NCBI GenBank assembly: GCA_002633005.1
Contig: NMRA01000156.1
Span: 124,001 to 188,000, forward strand
Length of the DNA: 64,000 nt
Direction: 5' to 3'
From: Phoronis australis
Lineage: Eukaryota > Animalia > Phoronida
The notes below the pieces were generated by a model. It worked only from the letters and a program-made list of their open reading frames with translations, made no database searches and had not been told where the DNA came from. The first letter of the stretch is position 1; each line of letters begins with the position of its first letter. Position numbers and translations under genes: made by a program. Positions 1 through 13,518 of the stretch are shown here, piece after piece.

Positions 1-3000
1 TACCATGAATCTTTTCTAAAACTCCGACTTGATTGGAGCACAATGCTAAAATGCATCTGTGTAAGGCATTATGCCGTCCAGTCATCGTTCAGTCATTTTT
101 TTTGAAAAAGCAACTGATGTAAAATTTAAGACATTTGAGAAATCAAATTTAATTTAGCTTGTATTCATTATTTCATTCATTTTCTCCTATTGGTGAGTGT
201 GTTAATTTTTTGAAGATCAAAGTTGTTCTTTGGTGCTTTTAATGTGTTTTATACATGTTTTAAAAATGTGTTTTTTTTTTCGATCGTCGTTTATTTTAAA
301 ATCATTAATGTAGTATTCTGAGATATCCTGTAAGTTTTGTCTCTATTTACAGATTTATTGTTTTTTGTAATTGTATTTCACTACAATCAATTTTGGACAC
401 CGGTTACTGAGAACTTGGGCAGCAGTGTCCCTCCAGAATGGCGATTGAACAGATGTTTTCTGATTTCTCTGAAGACAAACAAGACATAATAAAAAGTCTT
501 TGAAATGAAAACCTTTTCATCCAAATACTGTATTGCTAAAAATATCACCAGCCATATCAATTACATGTTTAACACCACTAGTAAGAATGCGTCGTACATA
601 AGATGTTTGGTGTCAAGTGCAAACTAAAGTTGCTTTCATGTCAGCTCACGTACACTGTAGGCTATCTACAGCACTTCAGTCAAAGTGTTATGGATGCTTC
701 TCTGTCGTGATTTTCCAAAGGAAGCTTTAGATATTGTACAATACCTTTGACTGTGCCTTGAAGTGGCTGTGAACCCTGTTGGCCAAGTTCCCATATTGTT
801 GATTGACACTGTTAAATCTTTTTTTAAACATTTATTGAAAAAAGCCACATTTAGTCACTGAATCACCCTGTTATCACAATCGCCTCCTAGAAACAAGACA
901 AGGATTCTGAGATTTAGTTTTTGCTGTTACTTAATTAGTGCCGTGTTCCCGAGTGTGAGGCGTGACACGTTTCAACAGCTGACAACTGTTCTAGCGTGTT
1001 TGGCTTCTCAAGGCCATTGTGTTTCACAAGGTAATGACAAGTACTCGCAACTCAACAGTGATTAATTAACGTGTTGTCAGACACTAATAAGGACTGTTGC
1101 GATTCAATGATTTAGGAGTTGCTTTCTGAAGGAAAATTATTATAAGTTAACGTTAACTTTATTAGCCATCTTCAGGTTACTTTAATGTTTTCATGAGTTT
1201 ATGCACTAACAAGCTTTTTCCAAAATTTCAGTATTTATGACTTGAATGACGCGACCATACCAAATGTGTTCATACCAAGATTCGGCCGGAAACGCCAAGC
1301 TCCACTAGAGACGCTGCCAGACATACAAGAGACTAATGGCCAATAGTTGCTGTGACAGGAATGTTATGATACATTGTAAGGAAAAACGGACAAATTTATT
1401 ATTGCTCAACGTACACCATTTTGAATATAGTAAAGCTTTTTGTATTTATTTTGGCAGTGATATTATTTTGTGGACTGAAAAGTGTTTGTAGCTTTTTGCA
1501 GACTAGTTTCCTGTGTTCTATCTGCCCGCTTAAACACATAAAATTTTACGTTTTGTCACGAAACTGGAAAGACGTGTAAAGGAAATGAAGTACATTTATG
1601 GTTTTCAGTCGGTAAAGATGATGGAAGTGTTAGTATTAAAGAGAAAAGTGTGGTTTCTCTTCTTCATGCTGATTTAGTGGAATTTTATTTTGTCAAAATT
1701 CTCACCAAAAATAAATATTAAAGAAATTTTACACTGTCTGTTAATAGCTTGTTTTGTTGTGTAAAGTTGCCATGAACACCAAGGGAGAATCTGGTTATTT
1801 TTGCAAGGTGACCAGCATTTGAAAAGTAGAAAAATGGGAATTGTAGCAATTTTTTACGCAAAGTAATTAAATTACCGTAAATTTTTCACATTTTTTCCAA
1901 CTGGGAAAATGGAGCTTTTTAATGTTTTGTTGTTATTTAGTATTTTCCGTGTTTGTACTGTACAGTAGAACATGCACTGAAAGTGATATTTCTTGATCTT
2001 TCTTCTGACCTAAAATGCAAATTGTAAACCTGATTACTCATCACCCATGCAACATATGTCTCAAACCTTTCCATGCCATGATAAGTTACACTTACTTTAC
2101 ATCTCATAAAACTCCATTCAGGACAGCAGCCCATAAACTGTGTCACGATTGGCCAACACTTAACATGTGATCCTGATTGGTGTTGATGGTAGAAACCATT
2201 TCTGTCACAGTAAGGAAACTTTTGAGACCAGTTTGTAAGAGCTAGTCTGCTTGTTTCACAATTTTCATGTGCGGGTTGCAAGTAGAAAAACTGCCCTTTG
2301 AACACAATGGGAGTTCTTCATTCTGACCTTAATTGGGCAGCAGGTTATGCATGTGGAATTTTCTTGTTTCTAAAACACCAAAGGTGCAATGAGAGAACTG
2401 AACTTAAGTGTGTCAAGAATGCTGTGTTCTGATTGCTCAGTTAAGTCGTCGGTCATAATCCTGGCGATAGGTCAATTGTTATTCCTACTTATGCATTTTA
2501 TAAATTGATTTTTCCTTGATGTAATGTCTTTTCCCAGCGTGGATTCGTACTGCTTTTGACTTGTATTGAAAGTAAACCATTATTAGAATAAATCTATTAA
2601 AACTGACATTCCATTTTCATGTATGCCAGTAGATCAAGTGTTCTGTCAACAGGTGACTATTCTTATAGTACTAAGGAACAAGTGCAGAGTGCTTTGAAAG
2701 CAGATACCTTAAAATCGAAAAAATTTAGGACACAACATGATCGACATTTGAAACTAAGCTTTTTCATTTTTTCATAAAGAAAACACCACATGAATGCTTT
2801 TTATTTTTTTAAGATCTATACCATATCTCCCATCTGAAATTGTTTCTAAGAAATTGTTGGCATTCACCACAATGTTACAAACCTTTGAAAAGTGAAAAAA
2901 AGAATTTTGCTTGGTCCAAAATTAATGAGATTGTAGGGTATCTAATAGCAACGTTGATTAGGGTCAGCAAGGGTGTGCCATTCCCCTATATTCTTTGCTC

Positions 3001-3800
3001 AAACTTATTAAGTGTATAATGTTAATACTGTTACTTGTGCTTGCTTCTTATTGTAAAACAACCGCCATTGATCTTTTTGCTGATTGGATGGGAAGTCGTC
3101 TGTGCATTAACTTTTAAATGGGGGGGCTTGTTTGTAACCGATTGTCTGCCTGCCCACGAGGAAAGTCAAATGAGAAAAGCTCGCTATTGTTTGGGGATAT
3201 GCACGACCTTTCGTAAAAGGATCAATGATTGAACATTTTTCATGAACTTATACATCCAGAAACGATGGTTTTAATTTTCTATTTCGTATTTCGATATGGG
3301 CGTTTTGATACTTAAATCTCTCTTGACAGAGCAGCAATCGGACTCTTCGTAATCTGAACTGCTTTGCAATCGAATGTTTACCACAGTGTCAGTTGTCATG
3401 TAGAAAGTCGTGTGCGCTTCTTTTTAGATTGATTTGGTAGTGAAACATTCGATTTTACAAATGTTGATGTGTAGGTATCGAGATGGGATTTGTCAGTTTT
3501 CTTTTTTGGTATCTGATAAATTGTTACTGAAACCATTGATTATCTTTCTGTTTCTGTTCAGCCTGTGTATCGATTTGTTTGATCATCAATCAAAGTATAT
3601 TTTGGCTCATGTGAAAATACACGTTGATATAAAACAAATAGGAATGTGTTTGTTTGTGTTACATTAGTGAATTTTGTCTGAGCGTGACATTTCGAATCCT
3701 CAAACTGACTAGCTTCACGAGTTCTTCTTTCATAGCAGACGGTTGAAACCATGACAACAGTCGAGCCAGAGCATTGGCGTTGGCAGGCACAAAAGTTCTG

Positions 3801-4731
3801 TTAGTCTTCAAAAAGCTCATTTGGTATATCACCCAATACATTTTTCAGTTCATCATAAGCTTTCTTTACCGTCCTCGGTGTATCTACTGCTAGGTTACCA
3901 GAATTTGGTGCCTTAAGGAAGTTTCTTGCAGTCATCTCTGAGTTTTCAGGGCCGGGGATTTGCGTCATAGTTCTGTCCGCCACGAAAGGGGGTTGCTCAC
4001 GCACATTACGTGGAAAAGCAACGGCTGGTCTGTTGCTTATTGGATTTGTCACTCCCTGTGACTGTTTGTGAGGAGTGAAGCTTGGGATTTCAGGCGATGG
4101 GGGATATGGGGGTAGGTGGCTGTAGTCGCCACGTAGTCGGCCCACCAAACGCGGTGACGGTGGGCACTGTGATATGTTCATGTTGTTGACGCCTGCGACA
4201 CGGCGTGAACCTAGTACAGTTGATCCAGACGTTAAAGAGACGCTATCATTGTCGTAAACTGACACCGTTGGAATGATTGACGGTACAAGCGTGTTGTATA
4301 CGTTCTCTTGCCCTGTGTTAGGTTGGGGCGTTGCATACCGTTCTTTTGGAACGGTGGGAGAATCGTAAACACTGTTATTGCTGATATTGTTCCGACGAGT
4401 CGTTTTCGGGGGTTGCTTAAACAAGTCGACTCTCTCGTAAAAGGGCTCAGAGGTTCCATCATTCTGCATCCTGGCTTCTTGCAGTTTGTAATAGTCCGTT
4501 AGCTCATTGCTGAAGCACAAGTTGTCGTGGCCGTCCCCGCGACTGGAAACGGACGCTGGGAGGCCTCTGTCGATAGTTGTCACAGATTGAGTCTGCCCAA
4601 GAGCTGTAACTGCCGATGATGCCTCAAAAGGACTGATATTGAAAGTTGGGTTGATGAGATGCATGCCTTTGTCTTCGAAAGGCTGATCTGCAGCAATATT
4701 CTCCATTTCCACTTCTGTATTTTTCTTTGAT
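3801..4731 (-). CDS. Exon 3 of type I membrane protein (Pro/Ser-rich cytoplasmic tail with Tyr motifs)
   Basis: Most of the 320-aa ORF; polypyrimidine+CAG acceptor at 4732-4740; stop at 3801-3803. Confidence 0.85.
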
Positions 4732-7700
4732 CTGCAAAAATTAAAAAATAAGCCGTGATGCAAGAATGCCGTAGGCCGTAGGCGAGGGACTTAGAACTTC
4801 AACCGTCGTAGTTAGTGGCTATTCGCATAGATAACAGACTTGTCTTTTGTGAAAATGGGTTTCCATATCATAGTATGTTTGATTCATTCTTCAATAAGAC
4901 TTGTTGACTAACAAGACTTCGTACTTTTGAAAGACTTCCCACCTCTTAAAGAATATTGAAAAAAAATAATTGTAGGCAGTCAAGTTCACTTTGTATCAGA
5001 CGTGCGCATGTCGCCGACCCATTGCACTGATCACCTGGAGCCATGTATTTTTGTTAACACCGAGCTGAGGAGCTAGATGGGTAATTAATCACTGATTGTA
5101 TCGAGTTTACCAATCTATTTCTGAGTAACAAAAAAGGTTGGTGATTTTTTTTTTATAGATTTTTGTCGATAACGCATGCATTTGACCCTTCTCAAAATTA
5201 AATGGAATCTGTTGAAGGGGAGAAAATCATAATTGCATTAGATGTTATCCAGTTCCTCAAATGAAATGCTTGGATTGCTCCATAAACTTATTTCAACCAA
5301 CTTTTTAAGGCAACACCTCGAAACAAACAGTGGATAATGAAACCTTCCTGTTAGAAAGAAGATGTCATCAACAGGCAACCAAAAGATGAGATTGATCACA
5401 AATAGCGTGTATACTGTCAGATTGAGCTTCTACACGTTTGATGCAGTTGTAACACTTCCTCATCAGTCGTAAATTTATGTGTTACAAACTCTTAAAGTTC
5501 ATCTTTCTTGGTTTTCATTTGCCCCAAAAGTATGCTTTGTGTGCTCATTCGTGATCTATTGTCGTTATTCCTTGTTGTCGAAATTTTAGCCTCAGTTTTG
5601 TTCCGAGGTAATGTGAAGTGGAAACTGAAAATTCTTATCGTTTATACCTAATTTTTACAAAAGTCAGGGGCGGATCCAGGATTTTGAGTAAGCGGGGCCT
5701 AGGACAGAGTATTAGCCAGGATTTGCCCGTCAGACATTGGCACCCGGCCCCGAACTGCCAAATGGAATGTGGGAGAATTTTAGGGGGGCACTGTGCCCCT
5801 TCCCCTCCAAATCCGCCACTGAAAGTGACCGTGAACCTTTTCTTGGCCAGTGAGCCTACTCATTCTGAGCCGCTATAGTTATGGAGTGTAATAGTCGAAT
5901 ATAAAGTGCCCGCATTTTTGAGAACCAATTTTCTCCAATGAATAACGGACATCAACTTGTTCTCAAAGTGTGGGCATGTTATATCCGACTATTGCCGTTC
6001 TAAGGGCTTGCATGATAGTGCATGGGAGTGCAGGGGACTGATTGGTAAATATGATTTTTTTTTTAAAGATTTTATATACCTACACGCAACAACGGGTTTT
6101 CCGGACATTATCGAAGATTATATGGCGTTTTTCATCGAAAATTTTCTCCCGACTTCGGCACCATCACTACATGGGCGGCGCACCACTGAAAAAAGTGGCG
6201 GGCTAAAGCTCCATCAGCCCCCCTGTGGTGCGCCGCCCATGCACTATGCATCGTCTTATAGACAAACTTCTATTTTACACGGGATCCGTGCCCTGCAGGG
6301 CTAGGTTGTCTAAAAATATCCACAATGGATAAGCTTATTGCCTGACGTCAAACTAAATATCGTAAGGAACATCTTTTACTGTAAAGTTGGGTGTAGATTC
6401 ATAGCTGCTTTCAAAGGCTACCTTAGTCCTTAGCGGAACATTTACCAAGAACCCCGCGTACTCGGTGAACGGCAGTACACCCGCGCTTCTTGATCTCTAA
6501 CTGAAGCTTGCCTGAAATAGAACTTAGTACTCACTTCCGCCTTGGTATGATGATGATAAGTAGAGATAAAATCACCATTGCACCAACCACAATGCCCGCG
6601 ATTAAGCCAAAGGTCTCTAAAAATGCAGAAAAATTGAAATGTTTGACATTACCATAAAAAAGAAGCGAACACACACACACACATATTCGTTACATCGTTT
6701 TAACCGGCTATAGTACAATTTGAGTACATGTTATACGACTCTGAGCAATTGAAAGCTTACTACTTAAAAAATTCAATGTCAGTTTGTTGGAGCACCGTCA
6801 TAAATTTAAAAAACAAACATTCTACATTCTGATTATTTTGAAAAAAATTATCATTTGGAAATCAACATTGATTAAATTTAGTGCACGTTATTTTTTATCT
6901 AAAATGAAGCACATAGCGCAAAAAGTCTACCTTGAACGATAATACGTGTAAATCTAGTTTCTCACAAAATGTTAAAAACATCACTCTGGCAACGCTACAG
7001 TGATAAATTGCCAAGTTATGCATTGAACGGTTAGACTTGTTGCCGGACTTTCGACTACGAGAATCCTCAGTTATTAAAGTAGTTTCGAACAACACCGGTA
7101 CTCGGTCACCTTGATGTTCTATTCGCTAACTATACTCAGGTAACCACGGTAGATGCATACTTTTACCGTGGGTACCAGTAAATGTTCAAAGGTACTTTTA
7201 TGTTCAGTTGTTTGCTGGTTAGTCTCGGGGTGACGCAATATATCAAGCTAAAGGGTGATCACGCATTAGTTGACGTGCCTGTGTTTGAATATTTACATCG
7301 CGTCTTCTTGTTACTGTTGTTAAGATATTGCCAGGAGTATCTGGATATGTCAATACATCCAGAATAACAAAAATCCGTGCGAGCAAGGCTTTTCAATACA
7401 TTGCACATAACTGTGGTTTCGATTTTGAAAGTTTGTACAATAAATTCGAAAGCGAAACTTACTTCAATCGCAGAAAACAACTTTTGATTTGGACCATTTA
7501 CTGATACAACAAATTGTTTTCTTAGTCAATACTGATGTGATTTCAGGACTTTGGAAGAAATGACAGTGTGTTACAGCTCGAGACCAAACTCCACGGCGTT
7601 CGTCAGTAACGCTGGTTTTGTTCACGTAACTTAAAACTAGTGCATTTCACCCTGGTTTGTTAGCCTATAGAGATGTCTAAAAAACGAAAGTCGATACTAT

Positions 7701-9343
7701 CATAAAATTGGTTTCGTAATATCCCTTACCGACTGATAACATTACGACACCAACAAGAACATGGCAGCCATCAGCGACTTAAGCTAACGCTGAACAGATT
7801 TTTTTGGGGTTGGCCAACCCTAAGTAAAATTGAGAATTCGAAACTGAATGGTTCCTACATGCCGTATTGTCTTTGACTTGAATTGGTGATTAAGACGGAA
7901 TGCTACCATGGTAGGGAATGGTATGAGATCGAAATGCAACTTTAAGGTTATGTAGACCTTGTATGGGTATTTAGCCAACTATTCACAAAACCTCAGTAAA
8001 ACATATATTTCCTGAAAGAGAAGTCTGTAGAATTTGATTTTGACTTTAAATCAATCTGCTGTTAATATGATTACGTGGCTATCTGTCATTTTAGTAAAAC
8101 TTAACAACTTGAAAAGAAATGTACACCCATAGCAACCTAACGTTGTCAATAACACGACCACCTTATCAGTTGATTTGACAGTACAGATGAAACCTCAAAA
8201 ACCCTGTTACAATTTTCGAAATTATCATTTTTTTTGTTTTTGTTTTCGTTTTATGCCGGTTTTGAATTTTTTCTTAAAAATCACAAAAGTCCTATTTGTG
8301 CTAGCCTCACAAGCAAAAGTGGACATTTATAAAGAAAATTTGTTACAGCGGAAAACGGTACATAAAATATGGATTCTGAATGTTTTATAAGAAGCTGATC
8401 AGGCATTTGTGAGACATGATGTTGCCAAGATTACGAAATTTAGCCATTTGTTTTCGAGGGTTATACGTAATAAAATTAAATTAGTCAGTCAGTTAGTTAG
8501 TCAGTTAGTTCGAATTTGAAATTATGAACAGGTCTCAGCTAATATATCTCATACGGTTTGAAGGGCACATATTTGTAAATATCAACGGCATCATAAAAAA
8601 TTGTCATGGATATACTGTTCACCATTAATCCGTTATAGATTAACCACTTTAAAAATAGAATGTGGTCAGGAAACGAGAAATCTTTTCTTAGACTCAATCG
8701 CACGGTCTATTGTAAATCAGTCAGACGTGTCAAAGTCATTGTGTATAATATTTATTTCGTAGTAATTAAATGCATTGTAATTTAATGACAAAGGATTTTG
8801 TATCATCGTTGGAATAATAATTGACACCATGTACTTACCCCAGGTTTTCAAAGGCCACAATTCGTCTTGATTTCCATTTGTACTGGTTGTCATGGTAACT
8901 GTAGGATTATCTCCAGTAGTGGTATCGTTGTCAATTCTTACATCTGATGTCGTCGTCACGTTGCTGTGCTCTGTTGCTTCAGTTGGCAAGACGTCTGAAT
9001 GAGCAATCGAATTTGTCGAAGCAAAAATGAGATCATTTTCAGTTAAATTTTTATCTGACGTCCACACTGTTGACGAATTTTCCATAAACTTTGTCCGCGG
9101 ATGGTCCAATTTAACTCCAGAAGGTAAAACTCCACCAGTGCTCCTGGCAGTCACTCTTGACGTCGTGAATTTACTATCTCCGTCCGCTGAACGCTTGTGC
9201 CTGAAGATTTCAAAGCCTCCTTGCTCTGAGAATTCTTGTTGTCTCTCTCTGTCTGTATGGCTCGTAGCTTGGTGAAAGACAGTGTGTGTGACACACATCA
9301 AAATAACCGCAGTGTGACTTCCTGTTGCTAGACATAATTTCAT
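3801..9343 (-). CDS. Uncharacterised single-pass type I membrane protein, 3 exons (8839-9343, 6535-6616, 3801-4731), 505 aa
   Basis: Exon 1 runs from ATG 9343 to a GTAAGT donor (phase 1) and encodes a hydrophobic N-terminus, an RHKR furin-type site and an S/T-rich stalk. Exon 2 (82 nt, TAG acceptor, GTGAGT donor, phase 1 to 2) encodes ETFGLIAGIVVGAMVILSLLIIIIPRR, a TM helix with basic stop-transfer residues. Exon 3 follows a TTTTTGCAG acceptor and is in frame with ORF 3801-4763. Total 1518 nt, open throughout. Confidence 0.82.
5665..5821. mobile_element. MITE family A (CAGGGGCGGAT...ATCCGCCACTG) with 5-bp TSD AAAGT
   Basis: Terminal inverted repeats; AAAGT at 5660-5664 and 5822-5826; inverted second copy at 52758-52921. 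Confidence 0.8.
5888..5997. repeat. About 110-bp hairpin (MITE-like) repeat
   Basis: Arms ATAAAGTGCCCGCATTTTTGAGAAC / GTTCTCAAAGTGTGGGCATGTTAT; second copy at 61848-61958. Confidence 0.7.
6170..6241. mobile_element. 72-bp mini-MITE family B (TIR CATGGGCGGCGCACCA) with 5-bp TSD CACTA
   Basis: Perfect 16-bp TIR; CACTA on both sides. Confidence 0.82.
6535..6616 (-). CDS. Exon 2 of type I membrane protein (transmembrane helix)
   Basis: Canonical splice sites; 23-aa hydrophobic run followed by PRR; phases match both flanking exons. Confidence 0.8.
8839..9343 (-). CDS. Exon 1 of type I membrane protein (signal peptide, S/T-rich ectodomain)
   Basis: ORF 8717-9343 up to the GTAAGT donor at 8838; Thr/Ser-rich with several N-x-S/T sequons. 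Confidence 0.8.
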
Positions 9344-11090
9344 GACGTTAGATAACTAAAGCGTGACAGCACTTGTGAAATCTTCCTTGTTGTGTTAAGG
9401 CAATTAAGTTGAATTATTAGCTCGTTAAAATTGATATTACCTACAGTTCGCATTCCGAGAATGTCTTATGGTGAAGGAATCAATGTCGCTATTTGAACTA
9501 CCGAGTTCAGCCTAACAACGTCCTTGTCAATCGTATTTGGACTTTATTCGAGTAGAGAGCAACCAACAAATTTCCCAACGCGTTGGCGTGTAGATGGTAT
9601 GTGTCTTCCGCAAACAGAACCAATGGTGAAAACTGTGGCAGTGGAGTCTGGTGACAAAATGACGACACAACAAAATCTGGTTGACAAACGCTCGTGATAC
9701 GAGGTATCAGATTTAGAGTTTCGAACAGGATTTGATAATCCTATTACTGATATTGATATCATTGGGTTGGGTTGAGTAGTCCCAATCAGACCAGTCATGT
9801 AAGCTCACGGGTTTGGTGACAAGCTGTATTTTTTGTAGGATGGCTTGATTCTCCTGAAATACAATTGGATTTTCCTTGCTACGTCACTGGCTCCCATTTG
9901 TTCTGTTAAAAGAATGCTCAACTTCGGACAATATGTTGAAATAACCACATCCCATTTCGGAAATACCCTTTCAGCTTCATTTTATTTAAAGAATAAAACA
10001 AAAACTTTAGTAAAATTAAGCCCAAGTGACACTCGATCACCACAACGGTGATACACCATGTAAATGATACAGCACTCGATCTTTCACAAATTAAAAAAAA
10101 AGTCAGAAAACACTGAAATCTGGCAGTACATTAAGGGCTGGAATGAGCAGAATATTTCCAAGACATCATTCGATTGATGAAAATAATTCTGAAATGGTGA
10201 AATAACGAGCACTTTAGCGAATCTGATGTGATAATTACATTACTAGATGCTATAAGTCTAGAAATGTCGTTACATTGCTTTGAACATCAGTGAAGTTGAA
10301 CACTGCGAAACGATCAAACACTAGAATGACTTGTCACAAAATGAAAAGGGGACAGGAGACAGAAAAACGGTGGTAGTCAGGGCCAGAGTTGCAATTTGAT
10401 GGAAGTACTATTGTTATTCAAAACCAGGGATGTTTTGGATTCAAGGATGTGTAGGCTCAGTTTTCAAAATAACTTGCGACTTTCTGGTGGTACACCAAAA
10501 TGGTAGCCACAGTACGCCCAACATATTAAACTCCATTTTTTATGAAGTGTCAGTAAAAAGAAAGGTAAATACAGTATTTTATGAAATGTCTCCGTTTAGT
10601 TATGTCTCTCTATTGAAGGAACGCGTTCGTTGTTCCAAACTGGTGAAAATAAAGGAAAGCGGCGGGGGACTTAATTATTGGTAATGCACGGAACAAGCTG
10701 TTACTTTCTTCAATCAGTGTTTTTCATTGTCATACATATTATCTTGTAAAGACGCAATATGTTTTAAAACTGCATTTGATATAGAACTTACGCACCTTGT
10801 TGTCAATGATAGTTTGGTTTCTAGGATCAGATTCCTTATCGGCGATATTACACTGTTCATTGTCTGCATGCAGTGTTGAGATTAAACAACAAACGGATTA
10901 AAGGTGTTCTAGCATTCGATTTGATTGTTATTTCAAGTGATACTGGTACTATCAAAAATGGATAGTTCTGCTGGCAGAGACAGAACTGAAATGCCAGTGT
11001 ACACGCACCCTTAAAAATGCTGAATTAACATTAGACCGGGGTTTCATGTCGGGCAAAACTACCGGCAAAAGTTGGACATGTCCAATGAGC

Positions 11091-11361
11091 TACGCGCGCA
11101 CACAGCCTGAAATATAGGGGGGGCTCGAATTTTTGAGAGTGTGGACCTTTTACTGAAAAACAAAATTCGGGGACTAAAAAGAAAAAATCGGGGACTACAA
11201 AATAAGAAAGGGATGCCATACGTTCAGAGCTATGAATTGCGCATTCACGCCGAATTCTTGCCGTTATACAGGACTTTTGTCGAGTCGGACTTATTGTTTC
11301 TCTGAGGAGGAACTTTTTGCCCACTTCGCCAAATGGGGGGCCCTCCCTGGGTGTGCGCATG
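11091..11361. mobile_element. MITE family C copy, inverted and degenerate
   Basis: TTGTTTCTCTGAGG...CCACTTCGCCAAATGGGGG...GGGTGTGCGCATG is the reverse complement of family C; TSD not preserved. Confidence 0.65.
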
Positions 11362-13279
11362 TCATTGGATATGTCTGAATAAAAACTTATCACAAAACGC
11401 TAAGATATACTAGTGTCAACAGTCCGAGAGGTTATGAGAACCTAGTTGGGGAATTTGATGACGGGGACGGAAGGAATTACCAACTTGTCTACTTGATGAT
11501 TGGCGACTGACCTCAGCCACGAGCAAAGATAGTGACGAACCACTGAAGTTTCGGATTTCATAGCACTTATGACAGTGTATTTTCGAGAAAAAATATTTCT
11601 ATCAACAAGCGTTTTTGACAGTCTTAAATAGTACCTTGCATTAAGTTCTCCACGTGCACCCCGTCTGAGTCACTTCCTCATCGTGTACCGCGGCAGCGTC
11701 GTCCAACCACTCAGGAAATCTTCGCATACTCGTTGTCAACAAAATCTAGTTTCCAGCAAGTCTACTAATTCACCGTTTATTTAGAACGTCACCCCAAGTA
11801 AAGTTTACCACTGCTAGTGGAAGAGGGCGTCGACAATGTTATATCCCAAGTCGCCGTGTAATTGTTAATAAAACGTTTTTCCCAGAACATGAACACATGC
11901 TGGTATCCGTTTTAACCTATCCAACACACCCAAAGGCTCAGACGCCGTGATTCATCATACCGTTCATTTGACACTGTTCAAATTTGGTAAATATCCCTTG
12001 TGACGATTGAGAATTGAAAGAGGTGTCTCTAAGGCCAAAAACAACACGAGTGCGGGGCGCCCTCAGTGAAGTCGCAGTTTGAAACATCGCCTCATACCTT
12101 GCGTAAGGTTACGCTTGAGAAAAAGATGACGGGTAAAAAAAACAAAAAAACAAATCCCAATCCAATTCAGCTGACATCACGTAATACTGGGAATAAAAAA
12201 GAGAACATATCAACCTACTTCAGCCGCTATCGCGTGACTTTCTCGTACTTTGAAAATAGGGACAACGAACAAGAATGGCCGCACTCGTACCCTACAGGTC
12301 TGTCAAATAAGCCGACATTTTCTGTTTACCCAACAAAGCATTCGTTGATGCATTTCTGTGAAGTCACTCCTTGTCAGCAAAATAGTCAGACTTTTGCAAT
12401 TCTCCGGACAAACTTTCTTTGATCTTCGGAACATTTTATATCTCAAAAGTGAACAGGCTGTCTATGTTCTGTTTCCGAAGAAATGAAAACTGAATTTTCA
12501 TGAGTGCTCAGTAAATAATACAATAAAATGCGTGTGCCCAACATTTCTTTTTAAAAAAACAAAACAAACATGGAAAGTTGTCATTTAAATTGTTCAAATT
12601 CGACAGTGTTATGTGCTTTATCTAGCTGTACGTAATTTAGGATATCTGGTCATTTCGATATTGTCTCGTAATCGTGTTAGATAAAAAATTGTCAGATGAA
12701 TGTCACAAATCCGTTTATTTGACCGACCTGTCAGGTGAGTAGTCACTTTCAACAAAAATCCCTCACCAGTTTTCAAAAAAACAGACTGGAACCATTTATG
12801 TTATTTTTTAGTCTAAACTGACCAGCACATTTCAGAATTCATGTGCAAGCATGCTCAACACTACCTTGGGGATTGATAGAAACTCTTTACCCGAGCATCG
12901 ATTGCAACACTATCTTCTCAACATCAAAAAGAAATTGTGAAGGTATTTCAGGTTTACTTCTATACTTTCTTTCTTGAGTGGAAAGAATTCTAAGGAATTC
13001 GTAATTGCATTACCCAGTGACTGAAAACGAAAACTGCATATAGTTTTTCGATTAGGGAGCTAGATTGTAGCAAGAATTGCCTATGTTGTATGTAACGGTT
13101 TGGGTGTTACCCTAATTGGTATCAGGTGACTTATAAGCCCAAAAGGCTGGGAATGTGTTGCATGTAAAGTTCATTTGTTTTTGTATTGTATTCTGCAATG
13201 TATCTATGTCCCTATAATAAATAAAAAATGCATAGTAATTAAAATTCAGTAAAAAAACAGGAACATCATTATCAAAACA

Positions 13280-13285
13280 TTTATT
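13280..13285 (-). promoter_or_regulatory. Candidate polyadenylation signal (AATAAA) for RPAP3
   Basis: TTTATT on the plus strand about 235 nt past the RPAP3 stop. Confidence 0.4.
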
Positions 13286-13518
13286 TAAAAACGTGATTAT
13301 GGTACTGGGTTTTACCAAAAAAAAAAACAATTGAAATGCTTCAATTTCTATCACATTTTCAAAACTAGGTTCAACAAGTTCTACACAACCACTTACTAGT
13401 CAAATGATCACACAAGTTTTCAAATGGATGTCAATATACAGTACAATCATTAAACAGAAAAACATGAGCTTACAACTGGTGTCAACCATTGAAGATTACG
13501 GTTCAAACAAGTCAAGAT

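Noticed and set aside
1-2620. Long 3' UTR of an upstream plus-strand gene ending at AATAAA 2587
   Set aside because: Composition is compatible, but no coding exon in the window anchors it.
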